A stretch of DNA of 64,000 nt from Anaerolineae bacterium (GCA_963675785.1 OY776562.1:480001-544000), one strand, 5' to 3'. Positions 48,046 to 57,231 are shown, counted from the stretch's first letter. Made by a program: numbers and translations. The notes: generated from the sequence alone by a model not told the origin.

Positions 48046-49212
48046 ATGATCAGCAAAGATGACAGAGGTAACGGACTGCTTTTGGCACTGTGCGTATTGG
48101 CGGTAGTTGCCATTCTGCTTTCTCCTCTCATGGCCAGTATGAGGGCGAGCGTAGCTACAACTGGTGAAACGGATAGCCTTCTGCGTGAGCATTATACGGC
48201 TGACGCTGCTGTAGAGTACGCCATCAACGAGTTGCAGAAAAACGCTGATTTGCGCTCTGAATTGATCACTAACCTCGGCCAGGCGCAGACACTGCCATTT
48301 GAACTCGAAATCAACGGCGTTGTGCCAGAGATTGAGATCGTGGCGCTGTCTGCTGATACAGGCAGTTTTACCGGTGGCATGCTCGAATATGCCCTGTGGG
48401 CGCACAGCACCACAGGTGGCGATGTCATCAACATATCAGGATCGGGGCATGCAATTTATGGTGCCGTGCATTCGAATGATCGCATCAGAATCAGCGGCGC
48501 CGGGAACTCGGTTAGCTCTGTCGCAGAGTATGTCGATCGGCTGCGCACGAGTGGCGCCGGGAACTCGAGCTGGGAGAGCTATGCACAGCAGGTTGAGGTT
48601 GCAGACGAGTACCCCATCTCCTGGGATCTCGACGAGTTTTCTGACCCCTCTGCTGAAGGTACCTATGCCTATCAAGCCGCTGAGGAGGGCAAATACCATT
48701 ACTATAGTAGCGATCTGCATTTGAGCGGCGCGGGTGAGGTGATGGATCCGGGGCTTTATTTTGTCGATGGTGATGTGAAGATCAGTGGGGCAGGTGTGCG
48801 GGGGGATGCTATCACAATTGTGGCCACCGGCCAGATTGATCTTTCTGGGGCGGGATTGAGTTTTTCTCCCTATGTCTCTGGGTTGAGCTTTTTCGCCAAC
48901 AGCTCTCAACTAAACGGCAGTGGTGCTGTGAACATTACCGGCTCTGGCAACGCGGGCGGTACAATCTTTGCGCCCAATGGCCTCATCAAGCTTTCTGGTG
49001 CGGGTGGGCAGATTACGGGAGCGTTTATCGGCCAGGAGATCGATATCTCGGGATCGGGCTGCCGTATCTATCTGGCAGAAATCCCTCTGACGCAGGCAAC
49101 GTATTGCGGCGTTTTTGACATCAAAGCAACGGCTGGCGATGAGGTTGTACAGGCCCGCGTCTCGGACTGTGGCGATAATGGCTTACAAATTCTGGCCTGG
49201 ATGGCAGACTAG
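48046..49212 (+). CDS. PilX/GspK-like tip pilin with inserted SGAG-repeat beta-solenoid, copy 1
   Basis: DDRG-NGLLLAL helix lacking Glu5, Y.ADA.VEYA, about nine (I/L/T)(S/T)G(A/S)G repeats, YCG...DCG C-terminus. Confidence 0.75.
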   Translation: MISKDDRGNGLLLALCVLAVVAILLSPLMASMRASVATTGETDSLLREHYTADAAVEYAINELQKNADLRSELITNLGQAQTLPFELEINGVVPEIEIVALSADTGSFTGGMLEYALWAHSTTGGDVINISGSGHAIYGAVHSNDRIRISGAGNSVSSVAEYVDRLRTSGAGNSSWESYAQQVEVADEYPISWDLDEFSDPSAEGTYAYQAAEEGKYHYYSSDLHLSGAGEVMDPGLYFVDGDVKISGAGVRGDAITIVATGQIDLSGAGLSFSPYVSGLSFFANSSQLNGSGAVNITGSGNAGGTIFAPNGLIKLSGAGGQITGAFIGQEIDISGSGCRIYLAEIPLTQATYCGVFDIKATAGDEVVQARVSDCGDNGLQILAWMAD

Positions 49213-49223
49213 GCAGTTCCTTC

Positions 49224-49259
49224 AAGCCGGATTCGGGTATCCCGAATCCGGCTTTTTTT
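49224..49259 (+). terminator. Terminator ending the pilus operon
   Basis: AAGCCGGATTCGGG/CCCGAATCCGGCTT plus T run. Confidence 0.88.
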
Positions 49260-49332
49260 AATCTCATCCTTGCGCTACAAGCCCCAAAAGGTGACATAAT
49301 ACCTGTATGATAGAGCTTGGCAGAGGCAAAAG

Positions 49333-50496
49333 ATGAGTACTCATGAGCAAAAAGGTTATGGTTATGCGGGTGCCCTCGCTTTGTTGGCAATGGTTTCCTT
49401 GCTTACAGGCAGCATTCTCATGTCAATCAGTTCCAACGTCGCGGGTTCTACACGAACCACAACCAAGACCCAGGAGCGCTATGCGGCTGATGCGGGCATC
49501 GAATACGCCTTGAATCAGCTTTCTACCGATCAAGGACTGCGCGAGAGCATTCTTAGCCAGGTGGGCGTGCCGGTTGTGCTTTCATTGGATGAATCAGTCA
49601 ATGGCTATAACCTGGAAATTCGCATAGTAGCTTTGCAGCGAGAAGAAAAGGTTATCCCCCAAGGTGGCTTGCTCAAGTATGGGCTATGGGCCAGCGATCA
49701 AAGCTCAAACGATGCTATCTGGATATCGGGGGCAGACCATCAGATACTTTCCTCTGTGCACAGCAACGGTGGCTTGCTGATAGAGGGCAACGGACATGGT
49801 GTTACTGGGGATGTAGAGTACTGTACCAGCATACATACAGGCGGTGTTGGCCTATCTGACTGGGTAGAGAATGCCGTATTATCCTCAGTACAGAGCGAGC
49901 CGCCGGGCATTTGGACTGCGGATGATCTGGATCCTAGTGTACTGGGTAGCTATGCAGCGACTGCTGCTGAGGTCGGAGAGCTGTATCAGATTAGCGGCGA
50001 TTGGAGCTATTCAAATGCTTCTACGCCCATCCCTTCAGGTCTTTATCTGGTTGACGGGAATATATCCATCAGTTCTTCCGGCATTGGCGGAGAAAATGTG
50101 ACTTTTGTAGCGACGGGGCAAATTACCATTTCGTCGACGGGATTATCTTTCTCCCCCTATGTTCCAGGGCTTACTTTTATGACAACATTGGTTACGCCCA
50201 AGGACGGCTGCGCTTTCGCACTCAGTGGGGCAGGCAATGTGGGTGGTACTGTTTATGCACCTAATGGGCGCATTTCTATATCTGGTGCAGGAAACCAAGT
50301 GACGGGTGCTTTTATGGCGCGCTGGATCGATATCAGTGGATCTGGCTCGCGTATTTACTTGGCGCCGGTTCCCGTGCCGGTCTCTGAAGCCTGCGGCACC
50401 TATGACATTGAGGCGACTGCTGGAGATTCCACGGTCAAAGCGCGCATCACTGATTGTGGTGACAGCATCGAGATTTTGGCCTGGGAGATTGACTAG
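49333..50496 (+). CDS. PilX/GspK-like tip pilin with beta-solenoid, copy 2 (tandem paralog)
   Basis: Colinear with 48046-49212: YAADAGIEYA, LWA, VHSN, GLY.VDG, VATGQI, FSPYV.GL, APNG, IDISGSG.RIYLA, DCG, ILAW. Confidence 0.78.
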   Translation: MSTHEQKGYGYAGALALLAMVSLLTGSILMSISSNVAGSTRTTTKTQERYAADAGIEYALNQLSTDQGLRESILSQVGVPVVLSLDESVNGYNLEIRIVALQREEKVIPQGGLLKYGLWASDQSSNDAIWISGADHQILSSVHSNGGLLIEGNGHGVTGDVEYCTSIHTGGVGLSDWVENAVLSSVQSEPPGIWTADDLDPSVLGSYAATAAEVGELYQISGDWSYSNASTPIPSGLYLVDGNISISSSGIGGENVTFVATGQITISSTGLSFSPYVPGLTFMTTLVTPKDGCAFALSGAGNVGGTVYAPNGRISISGAGNQVTGAFMARWIDISGSGSRIYLAPVPVPVSEACGTYDIEATAGDSTVKARITDCGDSIEILAWEID

Positions 50497-50514
50497 GGCA
50501 GCTTTTCCTATAGT

Positions 50515-50545
50515 AAAAAGGGGCACTCGTAAGAGTGCCCCTTTT
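50515..50545. terminator. Bidirectional terminator
   Basis: AAAAGGGGCACTC/GAGTGCCCCTTTT inverted repeat. Confidence 0.85.
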
Positions 50546-50567
50546 GGGTTAGGTCCTCAAAAGTTGG

Positions 50568-51869
50568 TTACAATCCCTGAATGCCGATGATGCGGGCAGG
50601 GTTGTTCAACAACATGTCTTCGGCCATTTGCATGGCGTCATCGAGGCTGAAGGGCTCCATGTTCGGATGAATGAGGCTTCGCTCCATACGCTCAGCCAAA
50701 GCCGAGGCCAACTCGAACTTGTACATTCTGAACTTGGGCAGAATGAACTCGAGATAATAAGCATCCGAAAAATAGCCAATGTTCTTGCAGCCCGGGACGG
50801 CATTGATGCGGCGTCGGATTTCGCGGGCAATGTCGGTGGGCTGGTTTGAGTACCACCAGTGTCCCGAAGGATAGACATTATGGCGAATCCAGGCGGCGGT
50901 CATCAATTCCATGCCAGTTGTATCGGATAGAACAGCGGTCGGAAAGTCAACATCCCAATAGGTATTGAGCACATAATCGTATCCGCGCATCGAGTTGACC
51001 GAGTCAACCAGGTCAGTGCCGCGGGGCACGCCATGCTCATAGGTGTCGCGGTTCACGCCGATCATGAGATGGAAGGGCTTTTTGTATTTGCGGCAGTGAT
51101 CGCAGACGCGGTTCATGGCCCAGGCCGACCAGGTATTCATTTCACAGCAGTCCAGGGCGCCACCAGCGATCGCCTTGTCTAAAATACGCTGAGCATCCTC
51201 ATCTGCAACCTCAAAGGTTTGGAAGCCGGTGGGGATGGACATAGCGGCATAGCCCATGCCATGCTTGACAAAGCGTGCAAAGGTCTTGTCCATAGCTTCG
51301 ACCACGTCGCTGGTTACTTTGACGGGGCGGCCGATGACTTGAGCAAAGCCATCACGAATCGCTGGACGGTCAATCCAAATGATAAAGCTTTCTGTGCGCA
51401 GGCAGGGCGCATAGAATGAGCTATCCATGCCTTCAAAGTCATCATCGAATTCATTGGTCAAAAAGACCTTGATGATGTTAGATTGCTTGATCATCTCATC
51501 TCGCCATTCGGGGCGGCCCATCACATCAACCGAACGGTCGTAGATGCGCTCCCAATTTTCTGGTTTCCAGTCGGCAGCGGGAATGCCGAGATAGTCCCGA
51601 GAAATGGTCATGAGCCAATCGTACTGAACCGTGTTCTTGATGAGGCTCAGTTTGGGTAGAATCTCTCTGGTTAGTGCTTTGGGGTCCTCAAAGGGGAACT
51701 TGCCACCCTGAAACTCGGCCGAGTTGGTCAGTTCAGTGTAATAGTGGTAGCTCAGGATGTCGCCGATGCTTTGGGCTGTCCCCGTTTTCCACTCGACATG
51801 TGTGTGGATATCGAGGATTGGCAGATCGTTGATGCGGCGGTATAGATCCGCGATCAGTGCGCTATTCAT
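50568..51869 (-). CDS. uxaC: Uronate (glucuronate) isomerase, amidohydrolase superfamily
   Basis: LPILDIHTH, YHYY..EL, NTVQYDW, FHLMIG..R, GHWWY, GYFSDAY. Confidence 0.8.
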   Translation of the reverse strand: MNSALIADLYRRINDLPILDIHTHVEWKTGTAQSIGDILSYHYYTELTNSAEFQGGKFPFEDPKALTREILPKLSLIKNTVQYDWLMTISRDYLGIPAADWKPENWERIYDRSVDVMGRPEWRDEMIKQSNIIKVFLTNEFDDDFEGMDSSFYAPCLRTESFIIWIDRPAIRDGFAQVIGRPVKVTSDVVEAMDKTFARFVKHGMGYAAMSIPTGFQTFEVADEDAQRILDKAIAGGALDCCEMNTWSAWAMNRVCDHCRKYKKPFHLMIGVNRDTYEHGVPRGTDLVDSVNSMRGYDYVLNTYWDVDFPTAVLSDTTGMELMTAAWIRHNVYPSGHWWYSNQPTDIAREIRRRINAVPGCKNIGYFSDAYYLEFILPKFRMYKFELASALAERMERSLIHPNMEPFSLDDAMQMAEDMLLNNPARIIGIQGL

Positions 51870-52058
51870 CTTCTGCAGCCTTCCTTTCAAAATCGTATGA
51901 CAGCGAGCGTTTAGGCTCGCGCTAAAACCTATGAGCCTATTATGCGCTGTTGATGGCATGTGTGCAAGCGCACGAGGCCAAAGCGTTGTATTGACACTAA
52001 CTCTATCCAACGTAGAATAAGACACATTGTTGGATTATTGTTCTGATTGGGTAGGTTG

Positions 52059-53030
52059 ATGGGTAGTGAGACACAAGCTTGGGAAGAAAAGCTGCTGCAG
52101 ATGGCGACAGAGGCGCTTGACGTAGTTAGCAGCTTTACCGGGTTCAAACTGACGCCAGAGCGTCTTGAGGACGCTTATGCGGGTGCTTCGAGGATTATCC
52201 GAGAGCACAGTCGCACTTTCCATATGGCTTCTGCTTTGTTGCCTCTGGAAAAGAGACGTGGCATTCAGGCACTTTATGCGTTTTGTCGCATTAGCGATGA
52301 CATTGTCGATGGCAGTGGTGCCGACGATCGGTTGGAACGTCTGGAGGCTTGGCGGGAACGTTCTACAACCGATAATCCCCGACCAGATGACAGCATCGCC
52401 GTGGCCTGGGCTGGTGCACGGGCTCAGTTTGGCATCCCCAAAGGCCTGGCTAACCAGCTGGTAGATGGCGTGGCGATGGATATTACCCAGAGCCGCTATG
52501 CGACTTTTGATGACCTCGCCATCTATTGCTATGGCGTAGCCTCCACAGTGGGGCTTATGTCTATGCATATCACCGGGTTTGCTGGCCGCTGTGCCGTGCC
52601 CTATGCTGTCAAGTTAGGGGTGGCTTTGCAACTTACCAATATTCTACGTGACGTGGCCGAGGACTGGCGGGCGGGAAGGCTCTATCTGCCACAAGACGAG
52701 CTAGCTGCTTTTGACCTTGCCGATGTGGACATTGCCCAGGGTAGTGTAAGCAGTCGCTGGCGTGCGTTCATGAAGTTCCAAATCGAGCGAACTCGGGCTC
52801 TTTACGAAGAGTCGATTCCGGGTATAGCCCTTTTGGATAAAGATGGCCGCTTTGCAGTGGCAGCGGCGGCAGAGCTATACGAGAGCATTCTCGATGACAT
52901 TGTTGAGCACGATTATGATGTATTCAGTCGTCGGGCACACGCAACTCAGTGGGAAAAACTGCGCATGCTGCCTGGCATTTGGCGCAAAAGTCGGCGAATG
53001 TCGGTTGCCAATTTGGTAATGACCGAATAA
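52059..53030 (+). CDS. crtB: Phytoene/squalene synthase family protein
   Basis: SRTF..AS, YAFCR..DDIVD, YCYGVA..VG, LQLTNILRDV.ED...GRLYLP. Confidence 0.88.
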   Translation: MGSETQAWEEKLLQMATEALDVVSSFTGFKLTPERLEDAYAGASRIIREHSRTFHMASALLPLEKRRGIQALYAFCRISDDIVDGSGADDRLERLEAWRERSTTDNPRPDDSIAVAWAGARAQFGIPKGLANQLVDGVAMDITQSRYATFDDLAIYCYGVASTVGLMSMHITGFAGRCAVPYAVKLGVALQLTNILRDVAEDWRAGRLYLPQDELAAFDLADVDIAQGSVSSRWRAFMKFQIERTRALYEESIPGIALLDKDGRFAVAAAAELYESILDDIVEHDYDVFSRRAHATQWEKLRMLPGIWRKSRRMSVANLVMTE

Positions 53031-53038
53031 GCCTGGCG

Positions 53039-53067
53039 TTGACACTGTAAAATGCTCGTGCTAGAAT
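53039..53067 (+). promoter_or_regulatory. Sigma-70-type promoter of the DUF1015-serA leader
   Basis: TTGACA (53039-44), 17 nt, TGC-TAGAAT extended -10 (53062-67). Confidence 0.75.
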
Positions 53068-53074
53068 GCACGAG

Positions 53075-53143
53075 ATGCTGGCAATGGTAGCCGGTAATGG
53101 CCGTGGGGGGCTTGCGCGTTATGCTTGCTGTTGCCCGGCCTGA
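53075..53143 (+). CDS. Putative leaderless 22-aa leader peptide MLAMVAGNGRGGLARYACCCPA
   Basis: ATG 7 nt after the -10 box. TGC TGT TGC at 53126-34; TGA at 53141-43, just before the alternative hairpins. Confidence 0.7.
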   Translation: MLAMVAGNGRGGLARYACCCPA

Positions 53144-53147
53144 TTAT

Positions 53148-53196
53148 GAGATGGTTCGCCGTCTCCCCAACAGCAAGGGGGGCGGCGATTTTGTTT
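53148..53196 (+). terminator. Attenuator: overlapping antiterminator and terminator
   Basis: GAGATGG-TTCG-CCGTCTC hairpin (53148-65) overlaps terminator stem 53156-67/53177-88, which is followed by TTTTGTTT. Confidence 0.75.
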
Positions 53197-53223
53197 GTGC
53201 CATAATGTACGAGGTGATGCGAT

Positions 53224-54495
53224 ATGGTAGAGCTTTTACCCTTTAGAGGAATCCATTATGCAGATCAATATGCTGGCCCAGCGGTGTTGAGTCCACCGTA
53301 TGATGTGATTGGCGAAGAGGGCCGTCAGGAACTCTTGGCGCTAGAGCCGCATAATGCCATTCGTTTGACATTAGGGCCTGTTGTGGATCGTCAGGCATGG
53401 TATCAAGAGGCTGCTTTAACTCTTGGCGCCTGGCTGGATGAAGGGGTTCTTGTTAGGGATGCCAAGCCGCGCCTTTATGGATACCGTCAGGCATTCACAG
53501 GCCCAGGAGGCGAGTTCTTGGTGCGTAGCGGCTTTTTTGCACGAGTTCGGCTTCAACCATGGGGACAGGGCATTTATCGCCACGAGCATACCCGTGTTGG
53601 GCCGCGTCAGGATCGATTGAATCTGTTCAGGGCTGTGCGTACCAACATGAGTCCCGTTTTTGGCATGTATAGTGATGCTGCCCACGAACTTGATGCATGC
53701 TTGGAGCCCCCCGATGATCCGTTTATCGATTGTGGTATAGCGGGTGTACGAGAGACCTTTTGGCCCATTGAAGGGCAAGCTGCACAGGCTCTTTTAGACG
53801 GGGTGGGCAAACGCGACGTGTTCATCGCTGATGGGCATCATCGTTATGAGACGGCTCTTGCTTATGCCCAGGAACGCCGTGAACAAGACGGAAACCCCGA
53901 TCAGGTTCAACCTTACGATTATGTGATGATGTACTTGACGCCTGTAGAAGCCGACGGCCTGGTTGTATTACCCACGCATCGTGTGGTTAAGGCAGAAGGG
54001 ATATCTGCAGGGGAGCTGCTAACGAATTTGCGTAAAGATTTTGAGGTGCAGCGCACTTGCTGCTGCAAGCAATTGACTGAGCAAATTGGCGTTTCATACG
54101 TCGGTGAGATCAAAATCGGCATGATTCTGGCGGATGCAGAGTATGTGTTGACCCTTCTCGATCCCGCTCGTGCCGTGGCTGCGGCTCGGAATGGCGAGAG
54201 TGATGTCATTGCTCGCCTCGATGTGAGTGTACTGCAGAACCTTATCTTGGAGCCCCATCTGGGTATTACGCGTGATGTGCTCGCCAATGGCGAGAATGTC
54301 TCTTATACGATCGATGAACAAGAAGCGCGCAAGCTTGTTCGCAAGGGCGATGCCGCCGCTGCCTTTATCCTCAATCCAACCAGCGTACAGCAGATCCTTG
54401 ATGCTGCGCATCAGGATCAAACCATGCCCCAAAAGAGCACTTATTTCTATCCCAAACTTCTTACAGGACTGGTCTTTAACCCACTTGATGACTAG
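53224..54495 (+). CDS. DUF1015 family protein (ParB/Srx-like fold)
   Basis: PFRG, SPPYDVI, HE.T, DRL.L, IADGHHRYETA, LPTHR, MPQKSTYFYPK..TGLV. Confidence 0.9.
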   Translation: MVELLPFRGIHYADQYAGPAVLSPPYDVIGEEGRQELLALEPHNAIRLTLGPVVDRQAWYQEAALTLGAWLDEGVLVRDAKPRLYGYRQAFTGPGGEFLVRSGFFARVRLQPWGQGIYRHEHTRVGPRQDRLNLFRAVRTNMSPVFGMYSDAAHELDACLEPPDDPFIDCGIAGVRETFWPIEGQAAQALLDGVGKRDVFIADGHHRYETALAYAQERREQDGNPDQVQPYDYVMMYLTPVEADGLVVLPTHRVVKAEGISAGELLTNLRKDFEVQRTCCCKQLTEQIGVSYVGEIKIGMILADAEYVLTLLDPARAVAAARNGESDVIARLDVSVLQNLILEPHLGITRDVLANGENVSYTIDEQEARKLVRKGDAAAAFILNPTSVQQILDAAHQDQTMPQKSTYFYPKLLTGLVFNPLDD

Positions 54496-54510
54496 ATGCG
54501 GAGGGACTCG

Positions 54511-56106
54511 ATGCGAATCCTTGTAACAGAGAAACTCAATGCCAGCGGCCTTGATGTGCTTGCAGGTTTTGCCGATGTGGATGTCAAGTCGGGGCTTTCT
54601 TCCGAAGAGTTGGCCTCCGTTGTCGATGGATATGATGCACTGGTTATTCGCAGTCGTACCAATGTGGATGCCTCCATTATTCAGGCTGGCAAATCGCTCA
54701 AGGTCATTGGCCGGGCTGGCGTTGGCGTAGACAACATTGATGTCGAAGCGGCAACGCTTCGCGGCATCACCGTGGTCAACGCTCCTACTGGCAATAGCAA
54801 TGCTGTGGCCGAGCAGACACTGGCTCTTATGTTGGCTTTGGCCAGGAATATCTGCCCAGCAGTGACCTCGCTCAAGGCCGGGCGCTGGGAGAAAAGTAGC
54901 CTCGAAGGGACCGAGGTCAAAGGCAAGACTCTGGGTCTGGTTGGTCTGGGGCGCATCGCTCGTTTGGTAGCGGCCAAAGCCCGTGCGTTGGAGATGAAAG
55001 TCATCGCCTTTGATCCGTTTGTCGCGCCGGAAAAAGCCGAATCGATGAACGTACGTATGATGGATTTGAACGAACTGATGCAGGAAGCGGACTATATCAG
55101 CGTCCATACACCCCTTACGCCAGATACAGAGGGCATGATTTCGACTGCTGAATTGGCTCTGATGAAGCCTACCGCCTATATCGTCAATTGCGCTCGCGGT
55201 GGCATTATCGATGAAAAGGCACTGTATGAGGCCTTGAGCAATCATGTCATTGCTGGCGCGGCACTCGATGTCTATGAAAAAGAGCCCGCAGTGGGCAATC
55301 CCTTGATTGATCTTCCAAACGTGTTGTGCACACCGCATCTCGCGGCTTCTACGGCTGAAGCTCAGGAGAATGTGGCTCGCGATGTGGCCCAGGCTGTGGT
55401 GGACGTGCTCGCTGGTCGGATTCCCGAGAGTCCCGTTAACATGCCCTACCTGCCGCCCGGCGTCATGGAGCAGCTTGTGCCCTATATCGATTTGGCCGAG
55501 CGCCTGGGAGCATTTTTCATGCAGTGGCGCGGAGATCTACTCAACAGGCTAGAGCTCACCTTTACAGGTAAATTGGCTGATTACGATACCCGCATTCTCA
55601 CCTCGGCTTTTCTGGTTGGTTTGCTGCGCAACGTTTCTGCTGATGACATCAATCTGATCAATGCTATGGTTATCGCCCGCGAGCGAGGCCTGAGCATCTC
55701 TCAGGTGCGCGGCGGAGATTTTGAACCCTTTGGTACTTGCATTCGCGCCCAATTCCCCGAAGCCAGCGAGATTTCCAATATCAGTGGTGCCATGATGAGT
55801 GGGGAACCACATCTGATCGAGCTGGATGGCCAGCGGCTCAACTGCCTGGCTCAGGGGCAGATGCTGGTTGACCTGCACTATGATCGCCCCGGCATCGTCG
55901 GGCGGATGGGCCAGATTCTTGGCCAGGCCAACGTCAACATCTCGTTTGCGCAGATGAGCCGCTCTCAAAAAGGTGGCGGCGCTATTATGATCCTGGGATT
56001 GGATGAGCGCGTTCCGGATGGTCTCTTGCCCGAATTTCTTCAGGTACCCAATGTTCAACGCGTGCGTGCTGTTACCCTGCCTGCTTATGAAGGTTATATG
56101 CTCTAG
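54511..56106 (+). CDS. serA: D-3-phosphoglycerate dehydrogenase, long form (ASB plus ACT)
   Basis: GRAGVGVDNID, NAP.GN, G.GRI, NCARGG, DVY..EP, PHL.AST.EAQ, C-terminal DRPG.VG..G..LG..NVNI. Confidence 0.95.
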   Translation: MRILVTEKLNASGLDVLAGFADVDVKSGLSSEELASVVDGYDALVIRSRTNVDASIIQAGKSLKVIGRAGVGVDNIDVEAATLRGITVVNAPTGNSNAVAEQTLALMLALARNICPAVTSLKAGRWEKSSLEGTEVKGKTLGLVGLGRIARLVAAKARALEMKVIAFDPFVAPEKAESMNVRMMDLNELMQEADYISVHTPLTPDTEGMISTAELALMKPTAYIVNCARGGIIDEKALYEALSNHVIAGAALDVYEKEPAVGNPLIDLPNVLCTPHLAASTAEAQENVARDVAQAVVDVLAGRIPESPVNMPYLPPGVMEQLVPYIDLAERLGAFFMQWRGDLLNRLELTFTGKLADYDTRILTSAFLVGLLRNVSADDINLINAMVIARERGLSISQVRGGDFEPFGTCIRAQFPEASEISNISGAMMSGEPHLIELDGQRLNCLAQGQMLVDLHYDRPGIVGRMGQILGQANVNISFAQMSRSQKGGGAIMILGLDERVPDGLLPEFLQVPNVQRVRAVTLPAYEGYML

Positions 56107-56232
56107 CACCTTTTGCCGCTTGCAGACTGTGCACTGTTGCATATAATGCTTATGAGGCAGTTGAACGTTGGCGACTGTCTCCACTGAGCCATTTAAGGGC
56201 ATCGAGGCCCTCGGCAAACACAGGAGGTTACA

Positions 56233-57231
56233 ATGCGTAAGTCGATCTATTTGGTTGTTGCTGTATTGACAGTAATAGCCACGCTTGTCGGCGGCTGCGG
56301 TCAAACCGCAAACGACGATTTTAAGGTAGGTCTGGTAACAGACGTTGGTCGTGTGAACGACCGAAGCTTTAACCAGTCGGCGTGGGAAGGTGTACAGCAG
56401 GTAGGCGAAGAACTCGGAGCCGAAGTCAAGTATATTGAGACGACGGACGCCAAGGACTATGCCGACAACATCGCCCAGTTCGTTGATGAAGGCTATGACG
56501 TCGTTGTAACCGTCGGTTATGCCCTCGGTGATGCTACCATGGCGGCAGCCCTTGCCAACCCCGATATCGATTTCATCGGCGTTGACCAGACTATAACTGA
56601 CGGCCCTGATAACTATGTCGGTCTGATCTTTAATGAGGATCAGGCAGGTTATCTAGCTGGCGTGGTTGCTGCTAGCTTGAGCACAACTGGTACTATTGCT
56701 GGCGTGTTCGGTACAGACCTCATCCCGGCTGTCTACAAGTTCAAAGAGGGTTACGAGGCTGGTGCCCTTTCCGTGAATCCTGACATCAACATCATCTCGA
56801 CTTACCATCCCGGCGAGATTAGCCAGGCCTTTACTGATCCCGAGTGGGGCGCCGCAACGGCTGCTCAAGCTGTCGATCAGGGTGCTGATGTTGTGTTTGC
56901 TGCTGGTGGTATGACCGGTAACGGCGCGCTTGAAGAAGTTGCGACCCATCCCGGCCTCTACTGCATCGGTGTCGACTCTGATCAGTGGGAGACGGTTGAG
57001 GGTGCTCAGCCGTGTCTGGTCTGCAGTGCCATGAAGATGATTACTCCAGGCGTGGTGGATCTGGTTACAGCTGCCAAGGAAGGCAACATGCCTTCTGGCA
57101 ATTATGTCGGCGAAGCTGGCCTTTCCTCCTTCCATGACTTTGACAGTCAGATTTCTGATGAACTCAAAGCCACGCTAGAAGAGATTTCCACTGGCTTTGC
57201 TAATGGCACACTTACCACTGGTGTGGAATAA
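56233..57231 (+). CDS. BMP family ABC substrate-binding lipoprotein (nucleoside)
   Basis: Lipobox GG-C, DVG..NDRSFNQSAWEG, F.E.QAGYLAG, F.DP, IGVDSDQ. Confidence 0.93.
   Translation: MRKSIYLVVAVLTVIATLVGGCGQTANDDFKVGLVTDVGRVNDRSFNQSAWEGVQQVGEELGAEVKYIETTDAKDYADNIAQFVDEGYDVVVTVGYALGDATMAAALANPDIDFIGVDQTITDGPDNYVGLIFNEDQAGYLAGVVAASLSTTGTIAGVFGTDLIPAVYKFKEGYEAGALSVNPDINIISTYHPGEISQAFTDPEWGAATAAQAVDQGADVVFAAGGMTGNGALEEVATHPGLYCIGVDSDQWETVEGAQPCLVCSAMKMITPGVVDLVTAAKEGNMPSGNYVGEAGLSSFHDFDSQISDELKATLEEISTGFANGTLTTGVE

Noticed and set aside
53148-53165. T-box antiterminator interpretation of the serA leader
   Set aside because: It lacks the UGGNACC bulge and there is no room for a Stem I specifier domain; the leader-peptide model fits better.
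54094-55338. Long antisense ORFs (414 aa here; also 44620-45435, 10468-11181 and others)
   Set aside because: They are shadows of conserved genes on the opposite strand and have no recognisable motifs.
56152-56187. 11-codon uORF and 5' hairpin upstream of the BMP gene
   Set aside because: The ATG is only 4 nt from the -10 box, with no terminator or purine aptamer; most simply a 5' stabilising stem.
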